Positions 11,901-24,428 of a stretch of DNA of 64,000 nucleotides are shown here, in pieces. Numbering within the stretch: position 1 is the stretch's first letter; each line of letters opens with the position of its first letter. This DNA comes from Trichoplax adhaerens (Eukaryota; Animalia; Placozoa). Where the stretch lies: contig NW_002060964.1 in assembly GCF_000150275.1 (NCBI RefSeq), forward strand, positions 301,643 through 365,642, read 5' to 3'. The notes beneath the pieces are model-generated. The model did not search any database and was not told where the DNA came from. It worked only from the letters and a program-made list of their open reading frames with translations. Made by a program: the position numbers and the translations under genes.

Positions 11901-13563
11901 GGAGTAAGCAATAGCAAGGAAACTTTCATGTGGACAAAATTAGTGCTAAAGCTGCATGTAGCAGACATCAAGAATTATTGCAAAAATATATCTATTCAAT
12001 CTCTTCTGGCTAATTGCAAATAAAATCAATATTGATTTACTCGTTTACGTTTTACTTGGATATTAAGACTAACCAATCTAATTCTATTCTGTGCAAATAC
12101 TTTGCTAATATTATTTTATCAAAATTTACTTATGTGCTCTATTCTACTTTGAGTATGCATCCATTAGTGAATAAGTTATTTTGTGAAACCAATCAGATAA
12201 AAAATTCGCTGAATCAGTTGAGCATTCTAAAGCGAATAATATAATTTGCGAAAGACTACGAGTATATTTATTTCTATATAATGAATAAAGACATAAAAGG
12301 AAATCGTGCCTTTTATTTCTTCCTCAATGGTACGCATTCTGATATTGCATGAATAACTTACAAAAAAGATGGCACCTAGGGATGTCAATTACATGCATAG
12401 TATTGTATAAAAATGTATAGCAAATTTAGAAGATCACTCAACAGATAAATTATTATTGGGATGCAGATAACAGGCAATGTAGTGAACAGAATTAATGACT
12501 GTCGTAATGTAGTTCTGTGATATATATTTATCGATATTTAGAAATAAATTGTTATTCAAGTTTATGATTGCCTTAACGGTTATCAAATTTTCTATATGCA
12601 CTTAATCAATTTGATTTAACTTGTACAGTGATAATGAATGTATCTTACACTCACAAATTTATGCTCACGATTCTTCAAACTCTTCCATACTAGAGATTGA
12701 TCTTTGCTGCTCTTAGTCAATGTGATAATGTATTGCTTACATTGAAACGATTTTAAGAAACTTTAGATTACATTAGCTTACTTGTGAAATGGCATTACTA
12801 TTTAGGGTTTCATTTCTTATGCATAGGCATTGCTGAGCCAAAATAATGTCGATGTATTAATATTCAATTAGCATTCTAAAAATTTTGACTGGATTCACAT
12901 TACAGATTATATAATTATTGGTTCATTTCCAAACCGTAATAAGAAATGACAGAATGTAAAGGTAATCTTCTGTAAATCACTAACAATGAATTATTGAGGT
13001 CTGCCATAGACTACTGGGAAAGAAAGCATCTTCGCAATGTAGAAATCTCTTCCAGAAGGAGTATTCTAGCTTAACAAATGAAGATTTCTTAACGACTTAA
13101 CGTAAAAAGAGTGCTTATTTTGACGTAATAGCAACGATCTTATCCAAATTAAATAATATACACCAAGTAGAATTTTGTGCATTGCAAACTATTTATTCAG
13201 TTATTTATATCTATTTACCCAAGAATGTGCTCGTTAAAAAAAAAAACTTACGAACGTATATAAGCACTACTGTAATGATTATTTCAATTCTATGTTGAAA
13301 TTTATGCTGAAAGTAGGAGATAGATATTTTAGGAATGAATATCACTTACTATGTCGTGATTGCAAGCTTGACTAAAATAATCTGTGATTAATAGAAAATA
13401 GTTTATTCCGGTTAAAATAATTTCACAGTCGGTTGAAAAATGGATAGATAAATTGAATGAATAATTATAACGGGAAGAAACAGAATGTAATTAGGCATGA
13501 TAGAACGAAAATTTGACCCATGCTAAGCATGGCATCACTTTGAGCAGAAAATTGTGCGGGTGT

Positions 13564-14670
13564 CTAGCTACAAAGTTGATTCTGGCATTCCTTTACAGCT
13601 CTTTCTATCTTCTGCTTAAATTCGGCGCTTGCTTTTCTGCTCAAGATGATTTGCATAAAAGAAAATAGGTCTACGCAACCATTATTCTCCACAGCATCGA
13701 CGATTCTATCGACTAAATTGTTTAATCCTCGAGGAGATTTATCTGCATAGAGATCTTCCGGTGAGCGATGAGACATAAATATGATTACGCGTAAATCCTT
13801 TATCGCAGAAGGATTACCTCGCAATTCATGATATCGGCTAGGATCCTTGTAGATATCACTATACTTTCGAATATCTTTGGAAAAGCACAGATCGAACTTG
13901 TAGGGTATCTCGAAACAAGTTAACCCTAATTCATTGCAAGCGTCCCTAATAGCACAATCAGTGGATAATCTTTTAATTTCCTCATCAGTTGGATCAACAT
14001 TCTGGATAACACCTCGGGTGAAATAGGCTATTCGGAAATAGGCGTACTTGCTAAATCGAAGCCCACTGTGGAATAATATTGCAACGCCATTCTCCGATAA
14101 TAAATCCGTTGCTACGCTGTCTACAACATGGGTTACGCCATAACGTCCATTTTGATGATTATAGCGTGCGTAGTAGAGAATGTGAGATAGATAGACAAGA
14201 TCAAATCGATTCATTGAAGCTTTCATTTCCTCATTGGTATACAGCAATTGTGCGACATCATCTGCTAATATATCGCCATACCTTACTTGGTAATTCTTTA
14301 ATGGGATAATCTGTGATTGTTTGGCATTGGAGAGGATCTCTTCTGCTAGACATGCTTTGGAATTTTTATTCTGATCTGACGATGTATCGCTACCGGCAAA
14401 TTCTGGTTGCTTATCGGTGACTCGAACATCTAATCCACCTTTAAATTGGATATTTTTTAAGTAATGGACAGTTGCTCCTCCATCGCCACAGCCAATGTCG
14501 CCCACTAAAGTGGTTTGATCCTCACGACAAAACAATCCTTGATCTTCCAGGAGTTTTAAGAAGGTGTGATTGAACAGCGATAATTTCTCATGATCATTGT
14601 TGGAATCCTTGTAAGCAAGAAATGCTGCTTCATAATCAAAAATATCAGTTCGAATGACTTGTTCTGCCAT
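13564..14670 (-). CDS. Intronless HNMT-like SAM methyltransferase (paralog 3)
   Basis: Start reassigned to ATG 14670 (MAEQVIRTDIF) by alignment with the paralogs; VGDIGCGDGG; RFDLVYLSHILYY. Confidence 0.9.
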   Translation of the reverse strand: MAEQVIRTDIFDYEAAFLAYKDSNNDHEKLSLFNHTFLKLLEDQGLFCREDQTTLVGDIGCGDGGATVHYLKNIQFKGGLDVRVTDKQPEFAGSDTSSDQNKNSKACLAEEILSNAKQSQIIPLKNYQVRYGDILADDVAQLLYTNEEMKASMNRFDLVYLSHILYYARYNHQNGRYGVTHVVDSVATDLLSENGVAILFHSGLRFSKYAYFRIAYFTRGVIQNVDPTDEEIKRLSTDCAIRDACNELGLTCFEIPYKFDLCFSKDIRKYSDIYKDPSRYHELRGNPSAIKDLRVIIFMSHRSPEDLYADKSPRGLNNLVDRIVDAVENNGCVDLFSFMQIILSRKASAEFKQKIERAVKECQNQLCS

Positions 14671-15992
14671 GATGGTACTCCTTTGCCTGTAACAAGAACG
14701 CCAAATGTTGCAAACCAATAGCTATTGCTTAATATATTGCCGTGGCTATTACAGTTTTAATTAATTAATGCACTCTCTACTCTCGGCAAAAGTACTGTGC
14801 TGCAATGTTGACCATTGTTCAGTCTTGCTATGAATAAATTAACTAATTATTAGTCGGCAGGTTCGTGAATCCTTACGGACGCCATTGCAATTGGACAAAT
14901 GGACACCTGTACACTTTACAGCTCCATAAACTATTGTACATGAACTACTGTCTTCCTTTACAACTAGACTTGAGAACTAGATACTTGATTTGATTGAAAA
15001 TACGCCACTCTACGAGTATTTGCTCGGCAGTCCGGTGTGTAGTTGATGTTTCCAAGTGGATTTTCCATTGATTCGCTTGGGTTTTTTACTCGATGCTACA
15101 GATGATTGACTGAAACATCTTAAGGGATATTTCGTCATACTCGAATTCATTTCAACAACACTATCAAGATCAGGTCTACCTTAGTATCCTGTACTCCCTA
15201 CTATATCTGGATTAAATTCTGAACCAGAACATCATAGAAACTTAAGGCCATGATGCTCTGTGATTACTACTTTAAGCTTTCAAAGTATCATACAGTATGT
15301 TCACTTGATGAGGACTTGATAGATTACAGATAAATCCAATAACAAATTTCATTCCCCCTACTGGTAGAATACTTTTATTAGACCGCAACAGTTTCTATAA
15401 CGCTGACTAGACATAGCTATCAATACCAACAGACTGCAGTAATCATTTTCCATTTTATTTACTAGCTCTGTTCAATAATAGGCTGGCTAGAATTCAACTG
15501 AACAAATGCCGGCAGAAAAATAAATTACTGACGTCAATAGGGAAACTATTTATAATACTATAACCATTTATGTTATTGTTTCTACTTTTGTAAAGTTGTT
15601 ATGACAATAATACGTTGTCCTTGTTCATAACTTGAACAAGGACAAAGTATTTTCAAGGTTATTTCTGCTATTGATTCGCAGATTAATATAGCGACTTTGA
15701 ATCAAGCATCTCAATTCAACAACCTAACTGATTTTCACCACAACTTTGTATTTTAGCTTGCTTGCTCGGATCAAGTCAACAAAAATCACATTAGCGCAAT
15801 TTAAAAAACTAATCAGGTATGGATAGAAAAAAATTATAATTCATCTTTGGTTTTTATAGGACATTTTTTTTTTTGGGGGGGGGGAGGATTCGCCAAACGC
15901 ACAATTTTGTTCTGTTGACTGTTTTTGTCATCTTGTTTGTTATTGCCAGCAAGGCCTAGTGTAGTAACTTAAGAATAGATATTTTAACATTG

Positions 15993-16019
15993 GTCTCTCG
16001 ATCGTCAAGATCGAGAGAC
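15993..16019. repeat. Perfect 11-bp stem hairpin with 5-nt loop
   Basis: gtctctcgatc-gtcaa-gatcgagagac, with weaker pairing extending outward. Confidence 0.8.
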
Positions 16020-16398
16020 TAAATTAAAGATCTTTATGATAATTGGTGTGTTGGCAATAATGTTCTGAGTAAAGCCGCTACTATCGGGAATGGGGCTTTT
16101 CCAGTAATAAGAGATTTGTTTGCCTTACCAACTGATAAACTTCAGTTCAATAATAAAAAAAAGGTCTGTTAGGATTAGAGGCGGTCTGTAATATCCAAAT
16201 ACTACAATATTAATGGCCCTAACCGCTGCAATATTAATTTTGCCAAATGATAGAATAGTTAAAATATCTGGTATGATTATAATTATTACCAGTAAAAATT
16301 AATTAATAGAATTGATCATATTGAAAGGTCCAACATGCCAGTGATTTTAATAGATATCGAGTTTATTTTTCTAAGTCGTGATTTATTTAAACATCCCC

Positions 16399-17095
16399 TA
16401 TGATCATAAGATGGGTTGGAAAAAAAACATTGTATACCGATGTTGCTAGTACTGGTTTTATAAAGTCATTGGGTTCAAGAACAACGGCCATGTTCACGAC
16501 CGAATGGATAGTCCATACAATGTCCAATTTCCTGCTTTACCAGCGACCATAACGAATAATACAAGCATATTGATTCTATCCCTTAATCGGCTATTGAAAA
16601 GCTCCCGATTATTTCTTTATTTACCAACAACTTGGTTTTCTAATCGCACCGGGCAAGCTGGACAAGCTAAATAAAAGCGTAGGCTACAATCATCAAATGG
16701 TGTAGAAGAATTTATAAGTGACTGTAGCGTAGTCTTCAATATCAAGCCATTCGGTTTTCCATGATTGGATTGAAATACTGCTCTTACAAAATGACAAGCA
16801 TGGCTATGCGATACTGTACGAGTAGGCTATAGAACTGATAAATAGTATATTAGATAGTCACTGCACACTGTATAGGGTACTTATTCGTGAAAAAATAAGG
16901 TAAATGGCCAACACAGTAGGCGGCACTTGGCTAATGCTGGGTAGAAGAGCTAAAAATGCTTGGATTATCTTCTACTTCGAAGAACGTAGAATCGCTTGCG
17001 ACCGTTATCAATTTTTCTTGGCGAACATGAACGCCGAGAACGATAATGTCGGAGAGTAAAATAGCTCCAATTCTGAAAAGAATCGGTAACACATC
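16399..17095 (+). pseudogene. Decayed TNFR/death-domain-like gene (relic B)
   Basis: YDH..IVYRCC*YW / HWVQEQRPCSRPNG*SIQCPISCFTSDHN (CRD-like); GLKYCSYKMTS (juxtamembrane-like); then after a tag acceptor VLIREKIR*MANTVGGTWLMLGR / ELKM...KIAPILKRIGN (death-domain-like); several stops and frameshifts. Confidence 0.35.
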
Positions 17096-18468
17096 TTCTA
17101 ATCCTTACTCAGTTAAAATAGAAAGATTCAATATTAATATGCCATAGATCATCTTTTAGTAGTCATTCGGCGTTTCAATTAATTTTATCGTTCCCTCTTA
17201 AAGATATTTGATAGATTATCTTGAGTTGTAAATTGACATTTTCAACTAGTATTGTCATAACCTTTTCAAGACAAGAATTCAACTTACTATAAAAGCCATC
17301 CCAAACTATGATCGCCCTGCAGGGAAAGACCTATCGCTAAAATTACATGAGTAGACCTTAATGTGTAGATTACAACATCTTAAAGCATATTGCCCTTCGA
17401 GTACTGAATGTTATAGCTACTCAAATTCCCAATGAATGAAATAAATGCTTATTCAACAAACTGTTTCGTCTTTAGCGTGATACTACAATGGATGCTTTAT
17501 TAATATTGCAGTGATCAAACAGTAATTATAATAATGTTGGAATCTATAGTAATTGTTGTAAGTGGCCTACACTACACTCAAGGATATGTATTAACTTTTA
17601 TATCATTAATACCCAATTTTAATTAGAAATAATTCTATCTAGAGCGAATGAACTACCAATTTGCACCGTTATATTAGCGGATTATACTACGAATTGAGTT
17701 TGTATCGCAATATCCCTTTTGAATTATTTTATAAGATGAGTAAATTTCGTTACTTAACTACTACAGAGTCTTTATTATTAATTTTAAGAGTTGGTTATCG
17801 ACAAGAGTAATAGAACTTTTTTACTGTAGTAGTGTAGACGAGTAATTTCCTATAAGGTTAGATTAACTATTAATAGAGCGATTAAGCTTGAAATGTAAGT
17901 TGATAGAAGCTTGCTTGTTTAAAATTATATTATTGATGTCTAAAATTGGCTCTAAGCTTGTACTATCTGCAGCTATGTGGAGAGTAAAGGCTGCTTCTTC
18001 CTTTACCACTATTTTAATACTCATACGATGCGTTGGATACTACTAGATCGTGCAAATTGGCATCATTTCGAGAATGAAACTGGAAATTTTTTAATTTTAA
18101 TTGTTCATTTCACAGATTGAAATTAAAAATTATCTCAAGTGTAATCAAATGGAAGCATTAATAAATTCCTGTCGTATAGCTATGCTTGTTAATGTTACCA
18201 GTTTATGCACACCAAAACTCTTCTAACACTTTCTAAAAGAAATTATCATGCAATATTAAATTACCAATTACTTTTCATTCTTTATTTACAAATAAATTTT
18301 CAACCGAAATTGAGCCAATGGATGTTAACGTGAATTAATCAGTAGCCATTTCGATCTTACAATTTCGGCCCATAAAATCCATAGAATGATTACGATATAA
18401 TAAAAAACTAAATAGATAATATATTTTTATGATATATTTTAGAAGTCGTACGATTGAAAAAAGGAAGA

Positions 18469-20097
18469 ATGAAGTCTATCTTCACAATAGTCGCAGCTAT
18501 TATTTGTTTCCATTCCATGGTCCATGGAAATAAAGTAAGTATGAGCATTTTAATAAGGATTAAACACGAAAAATGAAAGCAATAATCTGCACTACCTTAA
18601 CTACTTCCCAATTGTACATTACCTGTCGCTTAAAACAAGTATGAGCACTTTAATAAGAATTAAACACACTAAAGCAAAGTGAAAGTAATAATTTGTACTG
18701 ATTTTTCTATTTCCTATGGAGAATTGTATATCATCCGTCGCTTATAACAAGTAGGAGCAGTTTAATAAGAGTTAAACACAGTAAAGAAAAGTGACAGCAA
18801 TCTGCAATGCCTTTACTATTTCTTACTAAGAATTGTAAAATTGTCTGCCGCTTAAAACAATCCTTGACTGTTAATATAGTTTACGTCTATACTGCTATTT
18901 GTGGCCCTTTCAATCATTGCCATTCCAACCAATTTCGAGTTTTGGAAACAATGCTGTCCTCTGTTCAACTTGAATTAGTTATCATTTTGTATTATAAAAT
19001 TGGTTATTACTATAAATACTGGCTTTATATATCATCTACTGTCAATCTATTATTGAAATCGTCAAGTGACCTAAAATGAGCTGAAAAATATCCTTTCTTT
19101 CAATATCGCTTTAACATTATCACTAGGATTTTATAGAAATATCAATAACTCATTTGAATTAAATTAATAATCTTCTTTCTATTTTTTAGGAAACTAGATT
19201 AACAAGAAGTACAATATCTGATTTGAAATACATCAAAGACGAAGGTGCTTTAAATTCATGCATGCAACCAAGCAACAGAATTATGTCATTTTGTAATATG
19301 TCTTATTCTGTTCCCTCGTCCTATATGAGAGGCATTGCCAAGCAAATGGATTTTATCGTCGATTACATAAACACACGAGCATCTAGTTTTACTCCTCAGT
19401 GCCTATTTAATACAAAAGAAGTTCTCTGTAAAGGACTATTACCAAAATGTTCTTCAAACTTAACGACAGCATCGTACTTAACTATAACCCAACCATGTTT
19501 ATCGCTCACTTCATGCCCAAATGGTATATTTACAACAATCAGCCGAACTCCTGCATCATTATGTAATTTATCTGGTCGGCAATTTAGTCTAAATACTTGT
19601 GTTAGCTCGAGAATTACTAGTTTAAGTCCTGGAATTTGTGGTACTTTTCCCAATGTTACCGTACCTCCATGGGCCGTTCCAATTCTACAAAGACAAGGAG
19701 CTTCGGTCTTAGCATTGCGTGTAGGTTATAACCTACTTGGAGTTAGTTCAGACTGTATCAATAGATGGACAAAGTTTGCATGCCAAGCTTCAACAGCTTG
19801 TAATGCAACTCAAGACGGAATAATTACTTTTGGCTGGAGTAGGGAAGAATGTACGGCTGCTGTGAATTGGTAAGGAAGAAATAGCATTTGAAAATAGGAT
19901 AATTTAGATCCGTATATGGATTAATTGAAAAATCTATTTCAATTTATTTTAGTTTGCCAGATGCAATAAAAACGCCAACTGCGGGCCAATTGGATTGTAA
20001 TATTTACCCTAGTTCGTCTGGTGCATCGCCATTATCATTGCACTATACTCTGATTGCAGTCATCTTATTCTTGGCTACGTGGATAAATTACAAATAG
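18469..20097 (+). CDS. Secreted, putatively GPI-anchored protein with two Frizzled-like cysteine-rich domains (paralog 1); exons 18469-18534, 19190-19869, 19953-20097
   Basis: Signal peptide MKSIFTIVAAIICFHSMVHG; FZ-like motifs CLFNTKEVLCKGLLPKC, CINRWTKFACQASTAC, SREEC and LDCNIYP; C-terminal SSSGAS plus hydrophobic tail LHYTLIAVILFLATWINYK; splice phases 0 and 2 are consistent. Confidence 0.85.
18537..18860. repeat. Three ~105-bp tandem copies in intron 1 of the FZ-like gene, starting at the splice donor
   Basis: aagta(t/g)gagca.tttaataag..ttaaacac...cgctta(a/t)aac repeated three times. Confidence 0.9.
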
Positions 20098-21869
20098 CAA
20101 GCTTCCATTTTAATAAACCAGTAGTTATCTTGAAACTGTACCGTATCACATACACATACAAGGACTTTTTAATTATCAGTGTTGTTTAATTCAAGGCTTT
20201 CAATATTGTGGGTATACATTTAGCTATAAACGGGACTGTCTTTTAAACACGAAAATTGTTTTGATTTCAAGGTGTTTAATAACATAGGTATAGACTAAGC
20301 TATAAACATGTGCATCTTTCAAACACTAACAATTATTATCCCTTTTAAAATCGAATACTCTAAGTTTACAAGCAGTGATTTACATATGAAAGCTCTTACC
20401 AGATAAAACGGATGCAACAAATTTGATTTATGTATTGCCACTGCAAAGAGAAAATCCATATATAATATGATAACCTAGCTGTGAATTTTCTTTTAGTGAT
20501 ATGTTTTGTTTAGAATGTGTTCCCATTTATTTGAACGGGTAACGTATTTGACTAGTTTCTCTTAATAAAATTTTTTAGATATTTGACCCATTTACTTTGG
20601 AAAATCTAATTAAAATATGCACGTAGTACTAATGCTGTTGTCTATGGCGCATTCAATTCTAGATTTAATTCTAATTTTCTAGTAGTATAGTTTGATATGT
20701 ATAGAATAGAGTTGCAAATATGCAATAGCACGAGCAGCTGTTAGTACGAACTTACCAAATATCTATCGCCTTAATGTGTTTACTCCGATATTTAAGCCCT
20801 AAGTTTACCCCTATTTTTATAGTTAGTTATTCACACAATATCACAACGTACACCGTGGATAATTAAATGAACAAGTGAAATTGCTTTTAAACAGTTATTT
20901 ATTAAGTAGATTTCTACTGATCCTAGTTACAACAGTTAACAGTATCATATGTACTGCAGTAATACTAGTATGTGTAAAATAATTTCATAATAAGTACGGA
21001 ATGTATTCGTACGTATATATTTATGCAGGTAAATTATACATTAGTAAAGGATATGATCATTATTATGGTGATGTTTCGGAAGATTGTGGATTCGTCATGA
21101 TCACAGTAAATTACCAGAGTTAATTTAGTAGAGGAATAAAGTTTATTGGAATTAGTGCAAAGGGAAAAACCGTGTGAGATTACAGCGTGTATAACGACGT
21201 GACTAGTCGAATAGCTATAGTAATGTAGAATAGGTAAAGCGTGCAAGCTTACTGTGTAACTAGCAGAACTAACTAACGAGATAGGTGAAAGAAGATAGCT
21301 TTTATAATGTATGAAGCACAGCAGGAGGAAATCATAAATGAATAATAAGAATATGTTACTTCTATGTTAAGACAGGGCTACGATATAATTCAGCTAGATT
21401 CAAAGCGATTTCCACAGAGTATTTTGTTAAATATAAATTATGCATATTTAGAGTTATGCTACAATCTAGTGGAAATTGACTTTTATTAAAAATAGACTAT
21501 ACCGTATTTAGAAGTAAACACTACAATTATGACTTCTGTATTCTACCGATATTTTGATGTAACAGTGAGAGAAATAGAGCTAAGGTATACTGATTATATT
21601 TAAGTATTTACAGCTGAGATTTAACAGCCAATGACAGAAAGAAAAAAATAATAATGTAACTTGCTATGAAATAATGTAAAAATATTGTAATAGTTTATTA
21701 TTCTTATTGAATCATAAAATTATTGGTTTCTATAGCTATTCACACCATTAAATTTTCATTCTATTTTCGTAGTTACAATTATTGTTATTAACTAGAAATA
21801 TTAATGTAGTACTAAATCAAAATAAAATATTTATTGAAATTAACTTGAGGGATCTTCTATGTTAGCAAA

Positions 21870-22704
21870 ATGAAATTATTGTTGTGGCCGCGAAAGAAGG
21901 ACTTCAATAAATTATTGTAAAAATGTTACCATTAAACCTCCAGATGAATTACGGCAAAATAAATATGGATTCATTTGTTTTAAGATTACTTTGATATGAA
22001 TGCTATCCAATTCTATTTTGTGAAAATACTTTTATTGGCATAATTTTATTTCTTCTATCCTACTGTTGCAGTAAAGAACTTTCTATTCAAGCATTTTTGC
22101 ATAGAATTAATTAAATTAAGATGAGCTATACCTGTTATTAAGCATTCTAATGCTAACTGTTCGCGAAATAGCATCTTTATTTCTACACTGTATTGGAATG
22201 CATTATCAATTAAATTTGCAAAAATGGGCATCCAGCAATATGAATTTTTTAGCAAACGAGCCTGTTTCTATGGTAATCTTTTTCATTTTAGCTACGTCTA
22301 TCTTTTATTTCCTTTAGCAAATATGATCAAATCTGTTAAAATAATTAAGATCTAAGGTTTTCTCCCACGTCGATATAATCAAGAATAAAGTCTTATTAAC
22401 GCAAATTATTCTATTGTTCCAATACCAATTTCATTATTTTCTTCAATTTTAAATTATCATAATTTCTCATGCGTACCATAGTACTATGCTAATCATTATA
22501 CTGTTTACAATGGGGCACATTGGAACAAGTCCACTTCGCTACTGTGGTATATCCAAACATCGGATAATCTTGTCTATCCCTCCCGCAATCAATCACAATA
22601 CTGGTATTGGTCGTCTCTGTAACACTTCCATAATCCAGGTTGCAGGCCTTAACCTTTGTCCTGGTACTAATAATAGATTTTATCCCACAGCAAAGGATAT
22701 AACT
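21870..22704 (-). pseudogene. Decayed TNFR/death-domain-like gene (relic C)
   Basis: Open minus frame 22704-22492 SYILCCGIKSIISTRTKVKACNLDYGSVTETTNTSIVIDCGRDRQDYPMFGYTTVAKWTCSNVPHCKQYND; downstream FFTATVG*KK*NYANK / IELDSIH...FIEVLL is weakly death-domain-like. Confidence 0.25.
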
Positions 22705-24378
22705 TTATCAACTTACAACTGCCTGCAGATGTTAGCTGCAAAGATTGATATCATCTAATTACTTGATGGGCTTCAAGTCTTAACTGCTAATATTGATATA
22801 GCCTTTATCATTGTATGACTATTTTTGTTTGACAGTTATGATATTACTAATTAACGTTTTATTCGGTTAAATTGAATAATAAATTACTTGTATTTTCCTA
22901 AGATAAATTTATTATTAATATTATGCATCACATAGTCAGCTATTTAGGATGTATTGAACTCTGCGAAACTGTCAGTTCTGTTGCAGATCGCTGATTGAAC
23001 GATCATCTTATCAAATTTTACAGAGGCAGATACTAAGGAACGAACTTGGAGGACAAAAGTAACACTTTTATTTCTTATGTTCGACCGAATCCAACTGATA
23101 TTCTTTAGCCTGCGTGTAAAAGATATAATTAGGTACAGATAAATACTCTATAATGCAATACGGCTTATATTTACAAGGCATTTTATTTGCTATAATACAT
23201 AGGAATTACTTTTGTATCGATCGCGAAATAATAAGCCAGTTTTAACAAGTATTATTCCCAAATAATCTACTTATATTATATACCGATATTAGTTAATGAA
23301 AACATTCCAATATTGCTACTTTCTGATTTATTTGGTGATGCTCTTTGATAGGATAAGCATTCTTAACCAATAATGATTGATTGATCTTCTAAATCCTACT
23401 ATCGTAAATAACAGCATAGAATTTGAACATGGAGATGTTTTCATAGGTAATAATCATGTAATTGACCGCAACACAAATGTATAGATGTAAGTTCATGTAA
23501 ACTTTAAAGTTTGATGGCTTATGTTTAAGCCATACTTTCTCCAACCTTCAGATTTTGCTAAGCTGTTGGTTCAATTCCATATATTACTACTTGCGGGTAT
23601 GTACTTTATTTATCTATTACATTATTTACAATCCAATGGTTACAGTATTACATTATTTTTTATATGCGTTGCGAATAATCATTAAAATATGTGTATCGTT
23701 ACACTAATACACTAAGTCCGAACCGTAGCGTAATGCCACGTCTGATAATTATAATTATAATAGATAAGTTATAAGTTATAATTATCGTAGATTACGAATT
23801 ATCAACATCTTATGCTATCAAAATGCTTATTTGTATCGAGTCTAGGAATTTAGCAAACTTAAACATCCGTATAGTACGATGCTGCTAAGTTACAAAATGA
23901 TCCGTTACTGTTACAACTAGAATCTTATGAAAAGGAAAGTCTTAAGACTTCTTCGGCATTGCTTCGCACGATCATTCAATTACTTTGCTAATGTATGTTC
24001 AGTGCAACCTTCAGTAAAGTCTATTAATTAGTAGCAAAGTGCGAGCTGCATTTTATGATAAGTATCACTAGTCAACCACAAGATCCACCACAATATGAGT
24101 ATCCTAGCTTCGTATACTACCAAAGATTACGAAATAATACTGCCTGCCAAATTTTCGCTTAGGCAATGTGGCTCTTCTTATTGTATAACATAACTGCAAT
24201 GATTCTAAACCTCAATTAAACACCCTACTCTATCTAAGAGATTGTTTGCTCTATTATTCAGATTCTTAGAATGTTCGACTAATCTTATTCATATAAATTC
24301 TTTTATAATCGTAAATTTAAGACTGGATGATTTTTGGTCCATACTTATCTTTTGAGTTGATAAAATTAAATTAATGTG

Positions 24379-24428
24379 NNNNNNNNNNNNNNNNNNNNNN
24401 NNNNNNNNNNNNNNNNNNNNNNNNNNNN
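24379..24428. other. Assembly gap (50 N)
   Basis: Run of n characters. Confidence 1.

Noticed and set aside
1470-14670. Methyltransferases as bacterial contamination
   Set aside because: They are interleaved with a spliced multi-exon gene, have similar base composition, and no assembly gap separates them
14671-14718. N-terminal extension of methyltransferase 3 in the ORF track
   Set aside because: Starts at TTG; the paralogs begin at the position equivalent to ATG 14670
19396-19653. Similar antisense ORFs here and at 26107-26355
   Set aside because: Shadows of the paralogous sense-strand coding exons
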